From Vicinamibacterales bacterium (lineage in GTDB: Bacteria > Acidobacteriota > Vicinamibacteria > Vicinamibacterales > CAVVIG01): a DNA stretch of 64,000 nt. A program made the position numbers and the translations under genes. The notes below the pieces were generated by a model. It ran no database searches, was not told where the DNA came from, and saw only the letters and a list, made by a program, of their open reading frames with translations. Shown piece after piece: positions 1-9,110 of the stretch; the first letter of the stretch is position 1, and every line of letters starts with the position of its first letter. Location: contig DAIUKO010000002.1 of assembly GCA_036848175.1 (NCBI GenBank), positions 886-64,885 of the forward strand, read 5' to 3'.

Positions 1-528
1 CCGCGCCCGATGCAGCTGGCGCTTCGACGTGCCGGTCGTGATGTCGAGCATCGAGGCGATCTCGCGATGCTTGTAGCCTTCCACGTCATGCAGCACGAAG
101 ATCTCGCGGGCACCCGCCGGCAGCCGGTCGATCGCCGCCTCGAAATCGACGGTCAGGTCGGCGCGCGCCGGCGCGACGGTCACCATGTCGAGCGCCAGCG
201 GATCGTCGGTGATCCGCTCACGCTGGATCGCAAACGATCGCCGCCGCTCGATGACGACGTTGATCGCGAGCCGGTGCAGCCAGGTCGAGAACTGCGAGTC
301 GCCGCGGAACTGCCCGAGCTTCTGCCAGGTGCGGACGAAGATGTCCTGCGTGACCTCGTCGGCGTCGTGGCTGCCGAGCATCCGCCGTGTCAAACTGTGA
401 ATCCGCGCGACGTGCGTCCGGTAGAGCCGCTCGAAGGCAGACGCATCTCCGGCAGCCGCCAGGGCCACGTCGTCGCTCACCGCCCGCGGGGGCGCGGCCC
501 CAGCCCGTGTGTCGCCGCTCAGGGTCAT
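1..528 (-). CDS. ECF-type RNA polymerase sigma-70 factor (3' end cut by window edge)
   Basis: Hand translation of the minus strand from ATG (complement of 526-528): MTLSGD..FERLYRTHVARIHSLTRRMLG..DEVTQDIFVRTWQKLGQFRGDSQFSTWLHRLAINVVIERRR (region 2), then LPAGAREIFVLHDVEGYKHREIASMLDITTGTSKRQLHRAR (region 4 HTH). Absent from the ORF track because its stop lies left of position 1. Confidence 0.85.
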   Translation of the reverse strand, partial: MTLSGDTRAGAAPPRAVSDDVALAAAGDASAFERLYRTHVARIHSLTRRMLGSHDADEVTQDIFVRTWQKLGQFRGDSQFSTWLHRLAINVVIERRRSFAIQRERITDDPLALDMVTVAPARADLTVDFEAAIDRLPAGAREIFVLHDVEGYKHREIASMLDITTGTSKRQLHRAR

Positions 529-695
529 TACGGCCGTGATCGTCACATTCTCTTAAGCTCGCGGGGCCCCACCCCACTCGCGCACGCTCGGCGGCGCCGC
601 TCCGCGCCGGTACTCGCGCTCGCCGCAGGCGCTCTCCCGACTTACAACCGATTGGATGGGTTCAGCTTACCGAAGGTTGATCTCCGAGGGAGGAA

Positions 696-810
696 GGGAT
701 CTGGGCTTCGGGATTCGGGATTTGATAATGCGGAGTCGGGTTTCGGGCTTCAGGAATGGGGGTTTTTGATGAGTGGAACATCAAATCCCGAATCCCAAAT
801 CCCAAATCCC
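696..810. repeat. Palindromic heptamer-repeat element A (GGGATTY units / AAATCCC units)
   Basis: Left arm is tandem 7-mers gggatct gggcttc gggattc gggattt (696-723). Right arm is aaatccc gaatccc aaatccc aaatccc (783-810). There is a perfect 16-bp inverted repeat, gggattcgggatttga (710-725) with tcaaatcccgaatccc (781-796). Confidence 0.8.
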
Positions 811-837
811 GACCTGGCGCAGCGAGGCCCGGCGCAG

Positions 838-3800
838 CTAGGCTGCAGGCACGCCCGGCAGACCGTGCACGTCACGGCGCGGTTCGACATGCGGCCGCTT
901 CCGGGCGAGCCTCATGCGTGCGCCTTCGATATACACGTAGTAAACCGGCGTGATGTAGAGCGTCAGCAACTGCGAGACGAGGAGGCCGCCGACGACCGCC
1001 AGGCCGAGCGGCCGCCGCGATTCCGCGCCGGCGCCGAAGCCGAGCGCGATCGGCAGCGTGCCCACCAGCGCCGCCATCGTCGTCATCATGATCGGGCGGA
1101 AGCGGACCAGACACGCTTCGTGAATCGCCTCGCGCGGCGACTTGCCGTGCTCGCGCTGGGCCTCGACGGCGAAGTCGACCATCATGATCCCGTTCTTCTT
1201 GACGAGGCCGACGAGCATGATGACGCCGACGAAGGCGTAGAGGCTCAGCTCGGTGCGGAAGATCAACAGCGTCAGCAGCGCGCCGAAGCCGGCGGACGGG
1301 AGGCCGGAGAGAATCGTCAGCGGGTGCGTGAAGCTCTCGTAGAGAATCCCCAGCACGATGTAGATGACGACAATCGCCATCAACAGAATCAGGCCGAGAC
1401 CCTGCAGCGAATCCTGGAAGGCCTGCGCGGCGCCCTGGAAGGTGGTGCTGATGCTCGACGGCAGGGTTGCCGCCGCAGTCGCTTTGACAACGTCCACGGC
1501 GTCGCCGAGTGCGTAGCCCGGTTTCAGGTTGAATGCAATCGTCACCGACGGAAGCTGTCCGGTGTGGGCAATCACCGACGGGCCGACATTCGTGCGCACC
1601 TTCGCCACCGTGTCGAGCGGGATCAGCCGGCCGCTGCTGGAGCGGACATACAGCATCGACAGCGCCGCCGGATCGTTCTGGAACTGCGGCGCGACCTGCA
1701 TGATCACCTGATACTGGTTGTTCGGCGCGAAGATCTGCGAGACCTGCCGCGTTCCGTAGGCGTTGTAGAGCGCGGTCTCCACCTGATTCACCGACAGGCC
1801 GAGCGCTGAAATCTTGTCGCGATCCATGTCGACGCGCACCTGCGGGTTACGCACCTGCATGTCGCTGTTCACGTCCTCGAGCCCCGGCAGCTCGCGCAGC
1901 TTCGCCTCGAGAATCGGCGCCCAGTGATACAGCTCCTCGGTATCGGTGTCCTGCAGCGTGAACTGGTACAGGCTCCGCTGTGGACCCTGATTGCCGAGGT
2001 TGATGGGCGGCTGGTTGACCATGTAGACGCGGATCCCCGGTATCTGCGACAGCTTCGGCCGCAGATCCGCGATGATCTCATCAACGCTCTTTTTGCGCTC
2101 CGACCGCGGCTTGAGATCGATCGAGATGTTTCCCGTATTCAACCCACCGCCACGCGGACCACCGCCGGCGTTGTTGCTGAACGCGAGCACGTTCGGGTCC
2201 TTCGCGACGATGTCGGCGACCTGTAATTGATGCCGCACCATCTCGTCGAAGCCGATCCCCTGAATCGCTTCCGTGCTGATGTTGAAGCGGCCTTGATCTT
2301 CGCTGGGCAGGAAGCCTTTCGGCACGCGCGTGAACAGGTACACGGTGCCGACGAGCAGCGCGATCGACACCGCGAACGTGACTGCGTGATACCGCAGCGC
2401 GCCGCGCAGCGTCACGTCGTACAGCCTCAGCCACGCCTGGAACACCTTCTCGATTGCGTTGTAGACGACGCCGTGCCGCTGTGCGTGCGGCGGCTTGAGG
2501 AAGCGGCTGCACAGCATCGGCGTCAGGCTGATCGACACGAAGCCCGAAACGAGGATCGCGACGCTGATGGTCACGGCGAACTCGTGGAGCAGGCGGCCGA
2601 CGACGCCGCCCATGAAGAGCACCGGGATGAACACCGCGGCGAGCGACAGCGTCATCGACAGAATCGTGAAGGCGACTTCCTTCGATCCTTCGTAGGCGGC
2701 GCGCATCGGCGGCTTGCCCATTTCCATGTGCCGGACGATGTTCTCGAGCATCACGATCGCGTCGTCGACGACGAACCCGACGCAGAGCGTGAGCGCCATC
2801 AGCGACAGGTTGTCGAGGCTGTAGTTCAGCAGGTACATCGCCGCGAACGTCGCGACAATGGATGCGGGCAGCGCGAGGCTCGGGATGATCGTCGCCGAGA
2901 GGTTCCGCAGGAAGAGGAAGATCACGAGGACCACCAGGCAGATGGTCAGCATCAGCGTGAACTTCACGTCGTGCACCGACTCGCGGATCGCGATCGACCG
3001 ATCGTTGCGGATGTCGAGCGAGACGGCGGCCGGCAGCTGCTCGCGCAGCGACGGCAGCAGCGCCTTGACGGCGTCGACGACCGCCACGACGTTGGTGCCC
3101 GGCTGCTTCTGAATGGCGAGATAGATGGTGCGCTGCCCGCCGAACCACGCCGCGCTCTTGTCGTTCTCGATGCCGTCGTAGACCCGCGCGACCTCGTCGA
3201 GCCGCACCGGTGTGCCGTTGCGGTAGGCGATGATCATCGGTCCATACGCCTGCGCGCGCAGTAACTGGCCGTTGGCGAGGACGGTGAACGTCTTGTCCGA
3301 TCCGTACATCGTGCCGGTGGGCAGCGACACGTTCGCGTTCTGGATCGCCGTTGCGACCTCGTCGATGCCGAGCCCGCGCGCCGACAGCTGACGCGGATCC
3401 ACGTCGATCCGGACCGCGTACTTGGCCTGGCCGAATACCTGCACCTGCGCGACGCCGCTCACCATCGAGATGCGCTGCGCGAGCGTTTGCTCGGCGTACT
3501 CGTTGATGGTCGACAGCGGCAGCGTCGCTGACCGGAGCACCAGGAACAGAACCGGGAAGTCGCTCGGGTTGGCCTTGTTGTACGACGGCGGCGCCGGCAT
3601 CTGCGGCGGCAGCTGCCGCGCGGCGCGCGCGATCATCGCCTGAACATCCTGCGCGGCCGCGTCGATGTTGCGGCTGAGATCGAACTGCAGCGTGATGTTG
3701 GTGCTGCCCTGAGAGCTCGTCGAGTTGATCGAGTTCAACCCGGCGATCGTCGCGAACTGCTTTTCGAGCGGCAGCGCCACCGCCGACGCCAGCGTCTCGG

Positions 3801-3966
3801 GGCTCGCACCGGGCAGGCTGGCCTGGACCTGAATGGTGGGGAAGTCCACCGTCGGCAAGTCGCTGACCGGCAGCTGCTGGTAGGCCATCGCCCCGAAGAC
3901 GATGATGCCGAGCATGATCAGCGTCGTCGTGATCGGCCGCTTGATGAAGAGCGAAGAGATGTTCAT
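838..3966 (-). CDS. RND (HAE1/AcrB-MdtB-type) efflux permease
   Basis: 1042-aa ORF. N-terminus MNISSLFIKRPITTTLIMLGIIVFGAMAYQQLPVSDLPTVDFPTIQV is typical of the AcrB/MdtB family, with 12-TM architecture and large periplasmic loops. Confidence 0.95.
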   Translation of the reverse strand: MNISSLFIKRPITTTLIMLGIIVFGAMAYQQLPVSDLPTVDFPTIQVQASLPGASPETLASAVALPLEKQFATIAGLNSINSTSSQGSTNITLQFDLSRNIDAAAQDVQAMIARAARQLPPQMPAPPSYNKANPSDFPVLFLVLRSATLPLSTINEYAEQTLAQRISMVSGVAQVQVFGQAKYAVRIDVDPRQLSARGLGIDEVATAIQNANVSLPTGTMYGSDKTFTVLANGQLLRAQAYGPMIIAYRNGTPVRLDEVARVYDGIENDKSAAWFGGQRTIYLAIQKQPGTNVVAVVDAVKALLPSLREQLPAAVSLDIRNDRSIAIRESVHDVKFTLMLTICLVVLVIFLFLRNLSATIIPSLALPASIVATFAAMYLLNYSLDNLSLMALTLCVGFVVDDAIVMLENIVRHMEMGKPPMRAAYEGSKEVAFTILSMTLSLAAVFIPVLFMGGVVGRLLHEFAVTISVAILVSGFVSISLTPMLCSRFLKPPHAQRHGVVYNAIEKVFQAWLRLYDVTLRGALRYHAVTFAVSIALLVGTVYLFTRVPKGFLPSEDQGRFNISTEAIQGIGFDEMVRHQLQVADIVAKDPNVLAFSNNAGGGPRGGGLNTGNISIDLKPRSERKKSVDEIIADLRPKLSQIPGIRVYMVNQPPINLGNQGPQRSLYQFTLQDTDTEELYHWAPILEAKLRELPGLEDVNSDMQVRNPQVRVDMDRDKISALGLSVNQVETALYNAYGTRQVSQIFAPNNQYQVIMQVAPQFQNDPAALSMLYVRSSSGRLIPLDTVAKVRTNVGPSVIAHTGQLPSVTIAFNLKPGYALGDAVDVVKATAAATLPSSISTTFQGAAQAFQDSLQGLGLILLMAIVVIYIVLGILYESFTHPLTILSGLPSAGFGALLTLLIFRTELSLYAFVGVIMLVGLVKKNGIMMVDFAVEAQREHGKSPREAIHEACLVRFRPIMMTTMAALVGTLPIALGFGAGAESRRPLGLAVVGGLLVSQLLTLYITPVYYVYIEGARMRLARKRPHVEPRRDVHGLPGVPAA

Positions 3967-4074
3967 GCTAGCGGTCCGTTCGAACTGGTTGAGATGGATT
4001 CACAACACGCCCTCGTCACCAGTCGCGGGCCGCGACAACGGCGCGGCCCACGCGTGACTCGAAAGACTGTTCCG

Positions 4075-5256
4075 CTATTCGCGACTTCCGCCGCTGCGCG
4101 CCGGCTGCGATCCCGGCCCTTCCTTCACGCTGACGCGGCTGCCCGGCACCAGCCGGATCTGGCCGTCGGTGACGACGGTCTCGCCCGCTGCCAGGCCCTC
4201 CTTGATCACGGTTTCGCTACCGTCGGCTCTCGCGACGGTGACGGGGCGCAGATCGGCGGTCTGGTCCGGCTTCACGATGAACACATATTGTCCCTGCTGT
4301 CCGGCCTGAACCGCTGGGGTCGGCACGACGATGGCGCTCGGATCCGTCGTCAGGGTCACCACGACGTTGACGAACTGACCCGGCCAGAGCCGGCGATCGG
4401 CGTTCGTGAACGCGCCTTTGACGCGGATCGTGCCGGTCGTTGGATCGACCTGATTGTCGACGAACGCGACCTTGCCGCGCGACGCCGCAGCGGTCTCGTT
4501 CGGCGGTTGCGCCTCGAGGAGCAGTGAGCCTCGCGCCAGATAGTTCTTGAACTCGGGCAGCCGCGATTCGGGAATCGCGAACGAGACGTTGATCGGCGCG
4601 ATCTGATTGATCACGACGAGCGGCGTCGTGTCGTTGGCGCGGACGAGATTGCCGGCGTGCACCATCAACGCGCCGGTGCGCCCGGCAATCGGCGCGCTGA
4701 TCGTCGCGTACTGCAGCTGCACGCGCGCGTTCTCGATGGTGGCGCGATCGGCGCCGACGGTGGCGTCGAGGGCGGTGGCCGACGTGCGCGCCGTCTCGAG
4801 CTGCTCTTTGGTGGCGATGCCGCGATTGGCGAGATCCTCGTAGCGCTGCGCCTGCGAGCGCGCGTTCGTGGCCTGCGCGATGTCGCGCGCCAGGTTCGCT
4901 TCCGCCTGCTTGAGCGCCGCCTCGAGCGGCCGCCGATCGAGCTCGAACAGGACCTGGCCCTTGCGCACGTCGTCGCCTTCGTTGAAGGAGACGGTCGTGA
5001 GCTCGCCGGTGATCTGCGCGCGAACGGCCACGGTCGACGACGGTTCCACGGTGCCGATGACGCCAATCGTGATCGGCATCGGCTTCTGCACGACGTGCGC
5101 GGTCACGACCGGTACGGCCGCGCCGGCGCCGCCGCGCCCGGACGTCGTTCCTGGCGACTGCGACGCAGACTGCACCGCCTCGCCGGAACAAGCGATTGTG
5201 CTGATGGTGGCCGCCAGCACGACGCCACCGCGAAGGAATGAGAAAAGAGTGCGCAT
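4075..5256 (-). CDS. RND efflux periplasmic adaptor (membrane fusion protein), lipoprotein-type signal
   Basis: 393-aa ORF with N-terminal signal and Cys (LAATISTIACSG). It has coiled-coil hairpin, lipoyl and beta-barrel motifs (ISAPIAGRTG, VVVPTPAV). It lies directly upstream of an RND permease. Confidence 0.9.
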   Translation of the reverse strand: MRTLFSFLRGGVVLAATISTIACSGEAVQSASQSPGTTSGRGGAGAAVPVVTAHVVQKPMPITIGVIGTVEPSSTVAVRAQITGELTTVSFNEGDDVRKGQVLFELDRRPLEAALKQAEANLARDIAQATNARSQAQRYEDLANRGIATKEQLETARTSATALDATVGADRATIENARVQLQYATISAPIAGRTGALMVHAGNLVRANDTTPLVVINQIAPINVSFAIPESRLPEFKNYLARGSLLLEAQPPNETAAASRGKVAFVDNQVDPTTGTIRVKGAFTNADRRLWPGQFVNVVVTLTTDPSAIVVPTPAVQAGQQGQYVFIVKPDQTADLRPVTVARADGSETVIKEGLAAGETVVTDGQIRLVPGSRVSVKEGPGSQPARSGGSRE

Positions 5257-5260
5257 CCGT

Positions 5261-6478
5261 TTATTCGAATCGTAGCGCGTCGATCGGGTCGAGTGCCGCG
5301 GCTTTGCGCGCTGGATAGAAGCCGAAGAAGACGCCGGTCATCGCCGCGAACCCGAACGCGACGATGACGGCGTTGGTCGACACCGCGGTCGGCCATCCCT
5401 GCCACAGCGTCACTCCTTGGGCGACGCCGAACCCGAGGGCGATGCCGATGCCGCCGCCGAACAAGCTCAAGACGACCGCCTCCACGAGGAACTGCAACAG
5501 GACGTCGCGCCCGCGGGCGCCGATCGCCATGCGGAGACCGATTTCACGCGTGCGTTCCGTCACCGAGACCAGCATGATGTTCATGATCCCGATGCCGCCG
5601 ACGAGGAGCGACACGCCGGCGATGCTCGCGAGCAGCGCGGTCATTGTCTGCGTCGCTTCCTTCCTGACGTTGGCCATCTCCTCCATCGTACGGACCATGA
5701 AATCATCCGGGTCTCCAGGCTGAATCTTGTGACGCACGCGTAACAGCTGCGCAATATTGTCGGCGACCTTGCTGGTTTCGCCGGCCGACGCGGCCGAGAC
5801 CTGCACCTGCTGGATGTTGGTGATCCCGCGCAGCTTCTTCAGCACCGTCGTGTACGGCACGAACACCACGTCGTCCTGATCCTGGCCCATACCCGACTGG
5901 CCCTTGCTCGCCATGACGCCGACGACGGTGAACGGCTGATGCGAGATGCGGATCACCTGCCCGACGGGATTGGCAGTCGGATCGAACAACTGATCGCGGA
6001 CGACGGTACCGAGCACCGCCACCTTCGCGGCGGTGGTCACGTCCTGCGGTGTGAAGAACGCGCCTTCCTTGACCGGCCACGATCGAATCAGCGGCAGGTC
6101 GATGTCGGTCCCCTGCACCTGTGTGTTCCAGTTCTGGTTGCCGGCGACGATCTGGCCGCGGGTGTTCGACTGCGCGGCCGTGTACTGGACGCCCGGCAGT
6201 TGCCCGATGGCCTGCGCGTCTTCGGGGATCAGCGTGCTCGCGTTGCCCTGCCCCTGGCGCACGCCGCCCATGTTGAAGTTGCCGGCGCTGACGATGATCA
6301 TATTCGTGCCGGCGGATTGAATCTGCGCTTCGATGGAGGTCTGCGCGCCGGTGCCGAGCGCCACCATCGTGATGACGGCGGCGACGCCGATGATCATGCC
6401 GAGCATGGTCAGCGCTGTCCGCATCTTGTTGCGGCCGAGCGCCTTCAGCGCGATGCGAAGAGTCATGAGGACAGACAT
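5261..6478 (-). CDS. ABC transporter permease, MacB/FtsX family
   Basis: 405-aa ORF with N-terminal TM helix, large periplasmic domain and C-terminal FtsX-like 3-TM bundle (RTREIGLRMAIGARGRDVLLQFLVEA). Confidence 0.9.
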   Translation of the reverse strand: MSVLMTLRIALKALGRNKMRTALTMLGMIIGVAAVITMVALGTGAQTSIEAQIQSAGTNMIIVSAGNFNMGGVRQGQGNASTLIPEDAQAIGQLPGVQYTAAQSNTRGQIVAGNQNWNTQVQGTDIDLPLIRSWPVKEGAFFTPQDVTTAAKVAVLGTVVRDQLFDPTANPVGQVIRISHQPFTVVGVMASKGQSGMGQDQDDVVFVPYTTVLKKLRGITNIQQVQVSAASAGETSKVADNIAQLLRVRHKIQPGDPDDFMVRTMEEMANVRKEATQTMTALLASIAGVSLLVGGIGIMNIMLVSVTERTREIGLRMAIGARGRDVLLQFLVEAVVLSLFGGGIGIALGFGVAQGVTLWQGWPTAVSTNAVIVAFGFAAMTGVFFGFYPARKAAALDPIDALRFE

Positions 6479-6486
6479 AACGCCTT

Positions 6487-7239
6487 TCAGACCGCCTCGG
6501 CCGGCTCGGGCAGCGCCGCAAGCTCGTCCTGCGCGACACGCCGGCGAGTGATCGGCCGGTCGGCGACGACCAGTCCGTCGCGGAACGTCACCATCCGCGT
6601 CCCGTACTCGGCGATATCCATTTCGTGCGTGATGAGGACCACTGTGATGCCGCGCTCCTGATTGAGGCGCTGGAAAATCCCCAACACTTCGATGCTGGTT
6701 TTCGTGTCGAGGTTCCCCGTCGGCTCGTCAGCGAGCAGAATCGACGGATTGTTGATGAGCGCGCGCGCGATTGCCACGCGCTGTTGCTGGCCGCCCGACA
6801 GCTGATTCGGATGGTGATCCGCCCGATTCGCGAGTCCGACCGCGCTCAACACGTCCATCGCCCGCTTGTGACGCTCCGCCGTTCTCATCCCGCCGCCGCC
6901 GTAGAGCAGCGGCAGCTCGACGTTGTCGAGCGCAGACGTGCGCGAGAGCAGGTTGAACCCCTGGAAGACGAACCCGATCTTCTTGTTGCGCACGGCTGCC
7001 AACGCGTCCTTCGACATCCGTGAGACGTCCTGTCCGTCGAGGAAGTACTGGCCGCCAGTCGGTCGATCCAGGCACCCGACGATGTGCATGAAGGTCGACT
7101 TGCCGGAGCCCGACGGCCCGGTGACGGCGAGAAACTCGCCGCGCTGCACTTCGAGGTTGACGCCGCGCAGGGCCTTCACTTCGACTTCACCGACCACGTA
7201 GGTCTTGACGAGGTTCTTGACTGCGATGACAGAAGACAT
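6487..7239 (-). CDS. ABC transporter ATP-binding protein (MacB/LolD type)
   Basis: Walker [10 protein letters not shown], signature [15 protein letters not shown] and Walker [13 protein letters not shown]. It is 8 nt upstream of the permease. Confidence 0.95.
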   Translation of the reverse strand: MSSVIAVKNLVKTYVVGEVEVKALRGVNLEVQRGEFLAVTGPSGSGKSTFMHIVGCLDRPTGGQYFLDGQDVSRMSKDALAAVRNKKIGFVFQGFNLLSRTSALDNVELPLLYGGGGMRTAERHKRAMDVLSAVGLANRADHHPNQLSGGQQQRVAIARALINNPSILLADEPTGNLDTKTSIEVLGIFQRLNQERGITVVLITHEMDIAEYGTRMVTFRDGLVVADRPITRRRVAQDELAALPEPAEAV

Positions 7240-7245
7240 TCAAAA

Positions 7246-9018
7246 CTAGCGGCCGCGACCGGGGCCACCACCTGGACCGCCGAAACCACCGGGACCGCGT
7301 CCAGGCATCAGCGGATTGCCCGTCCCACCCTGACCGGGCAGCGCCCGCGTCGTTCCGACGCCGGTCACGCCCGTCACCACTTCCATGCCCTGCTGAAGCT
7401 CGCCGCTCAGGAGCTCGCTGTTGGTGCCGTCGGAAATGCCGAGACGGAGACTCACCGGCTTGAGCTGGTGGTCAATGAACAGCCACGCGCGTCCGGGCGT
7501 TTCGGTGACCGGCAGCGGCGCGAACAGCGCGTCGATCGTTTGCGCCCCCTGCGGCGACGTCGCAGGCTTGGCCTTGGCGGCGGTCGCGCTCGCCCGGATC
7601 TCTTTCTCGAACGCGCTCGTGTCCACGCCGCGATCCTTCATGCGCGCGATGAACTGCTGCTGTTCGTCCGGCGACATCGTTTTGAAGCGTTCCATCATGC
7701 GCGCGGGATCGAATCCGCGCCGGCCGCCGTCGCCTGTCTGCCCCGAGCCGCTCGAACCACCGAATCCGCTGTGGCCGCCGCCACCTCCGAAGCGATGTTC
7801 CGCACTCTCGCCGGAATCGCGCGGCGCCTGCGCGGCGTTCGGTGACGGCGCCGGACTCGATTTGCTGGCGTTGGGCGACGGCGCAGGTGTCGCCGCGCCG
7901 GCGGCCGGCGCTCCTTGACTCGCTTCCGCCCCCTGAGCGCCGCGCCCCCCGCGACCGCCGCGTCCGCCACCGCCCGCGAACTGCGCCTCGCGCGGAACTT
8001 CCTGATTGAGCGCGGCGAAGACGTCGGGCGATGGACGGAACCGCAGTGCCGCCGTCGGAATGCGCAGCGCATCGGTCCGCTTGGCGATCTCGACCTTCAC
8101 GTTGGCGGTCATGCCCGGCTTCAACTTGAGCAGCGGGTTCGGGACGTCGATGACGGTGCCGTAGGTCGTCACGTTCTGCACGACGACTGGCTGCAGCCGT
8201 ACTTGCGCGACCGTGCCCTCGAACGTTTCGGTCGGATACGCGTCGACGCGGAAGGTGACGTGCTGTGCCGGACGGATGCGGCCGACGTCCGATTCGTCGA
8301 TGTTCGCGTTGACCTGCATCTTCGTCAGGTCGGCGGCGATGATGAACAGCGTGGGCGCCTGCATGCTCGCCGCAACCGTCTGGCCGACGTCGACGTTTCT
8401 CTGCGTCACGATGCCGTCGATCGGCGCGGCGATGATCGTGTGATCCAGGTTCACCTGACTCTGATTGACCGACGCCTGCGCCTGGCTCACGGCCGCCTGT
8501 GCCTGCGTGACCGACGCCTGCTGCGAGGCGAGCATCGCCTGCGCCGTATCCACGGCGATCTTGGCCGCGTCGAGATCGCTCTGCGGCAGCAGGCTCTTCG
8601 CGGCCAGCTCCCTGGCCCGCGTGTACTTCTGCTGCGCGTCCGTGAGCTGCACTTTCGTGCGCTCGAGCTCGCTCTGTGCCTTGGCCAGATTCGCCCGGGA
8701 CTGATTCAGATTGGCCGTCGTCTGTTGAAGCTGCGCCTCGATGAGCGACGGATCGAGCTTCGCGATGATCTGTCCCTTCTTGACGATTGAATTGAAATCG
8801 GCGCCGAGCCACGAGATGTTGCCCGACAGCTGACTGCCCACCTGCACCGTCGTCACCGCCTGCAGCGTGCCGGTTGCGCCGACCGTATCGACGATGTCGC
8901 CGCGGGTGATCGGCGCGGTGTTGACCTGGATCTCGGTCCCGCCGCGGCGAATGTAGATGGCGCCGGCGCCTGCGCCGATGGCCGCGATGATCAACAGGAT
9001 GGTGAAGAATCGTTTCAT
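7246..9018 (-). CDS. HlyD/MacA-like periplasmic adaptor with long Gly/Arg/Pro-rich insertion and tail
   Basis: 590-aa ORF. The N-terminal two thirds look like a MacA/HlyD adaptor (coiled coil, IAAPIDGIV, beta-barrel). A low-complexity segment follows (GGGGRGGRGGRG...FGGGGGHSGFGGSSGSG), and the protein ends GPGGFGGPGGGPGRGR. Confidence 0.85.
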   Translation of the reverse strand: MKRFFTILLIIAAIGAGAGAIYIRRGGTEIQVNTAPITRGDIVDTVGATGTLQAVTTVQVGSQLSGNISWLGADFNSIVKKGQIIAKLDPSLIEAQLQQTTANLNQSRANLAKAQSELERTKVQLTDAQQKYTRARELAAKSLLPQSDLDAAKIAVDTAQAMLASQQASVTQAQAAVSQAQASVNQSQVNLDHTIIAAPIDGIVTQRNVDVGQTVAASMQAPTLFIIAADLTKMQVNANIDESDVGRIRPAQHVTFRVDAYPTETFEGTVAQVRLQPVVVQNVTTYGTVIDVPNPLLKLKPGMTANVKVEIAKRTDALRIPTAALRFRPSPDVFAALNQEVPREAQFAGGGGRGGRGGRGAQGAEASQGAPAAGAATPAPSPNASKSSPAPSPNAAQAPRDSGESAEHRFGGGGGHSGFGGSSGSGQTGDGGRRGFDPARMMERFKTMSPDEQQQFIARMKDRGVDTSAFEKEIRASATAAKAKPATSPQGAQTIDALFAPLPVTETPGRAWLFIDHQLKPVSLRLGISDGTNSELLSGELQQGMEVVTGVTGVGTTRALPGQGGTGNPLMPGRGPGGFGGPGGGPGRGR

Positions 9019-9029
9019 GGTCCTATAGC

Positions 9030-9047
9030 GACGAATCGGACGAATCG
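9030..9047. repeat. Tandem 9-mer x2 (gacgaatcg gacgaatcg) in 5' leader of the MacA-like gene
   Basis: Read directly from the sequence, 12 nt upstream (gene orientation) of the start at 9018. Confidence 0.6.
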
Positions 9048-9053
9048 CTCGGG

Positions 9054-9074
9054 GGCGGCCCGTTCAGGGCTGCC
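9054..9074. other. GC-rich hairpin GGCGGCCC-gttca-GGGCTGCC (related copy at 47403-47423)
   Basis: 8-bp stem with one G.U pair, inside the 92-nt spacer between the RND and MacA-like genes. A second hairpin, gcgggcc-cgaaa-ggcccgc, is at 9078-9096. Confidence 0.5.
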
Positions 9075-9110
9075 GACGCGGGCCCGAAAGGCCCGCGCTA
9101 CGACGATTCA

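Noticed and set aside
600-640. ECF-type promoter (TGAACC-N16-AGTC, gene orientation) upstream of the partial sigma gene at 1-528
   Set aside because: The match is loose and the -10 lacks CGT. It does not share the 16-mer found at the other two loci, and there is no supporting evidence. It is not reported as a feature.
696-723. Telomere-like repeat interpretation of (GGGATTY)n
   Set aside because: The unit is not a permutation of TTAGGG or TTTAGGG. The arrays are internal, short and arranged as inverted pairs. Only G-quadruplex potential is retained, as a note within the repeat findings.
10-1809. 599-aa plus-strand ORF, and similar very long ORFs (9831-11849 +, 26297-27646 -, 37877-40525 -, 40749-42050 -, 57725-58930 -, 15899-17134 -)
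   Set aside because: All lie antisense or out of frame to genes with unmistakable homology (ECF sigma/RND, RNase R, NtrY/NtrX, TPR, ispH). They translate to Arg/Ala/Gly/Pro-rich, low-information sequence. These are typical stop-poor shadow ORFs of high-GC DNA.
3967-4000. tRNA-like T-loop string (gttcgaac) in the MFP-RND spacer
   Set aside because: The flanking sequence cannot form acceptor, D or anticodon arms. I found no cloverleaf and saw no tRNA anywhere in the window.
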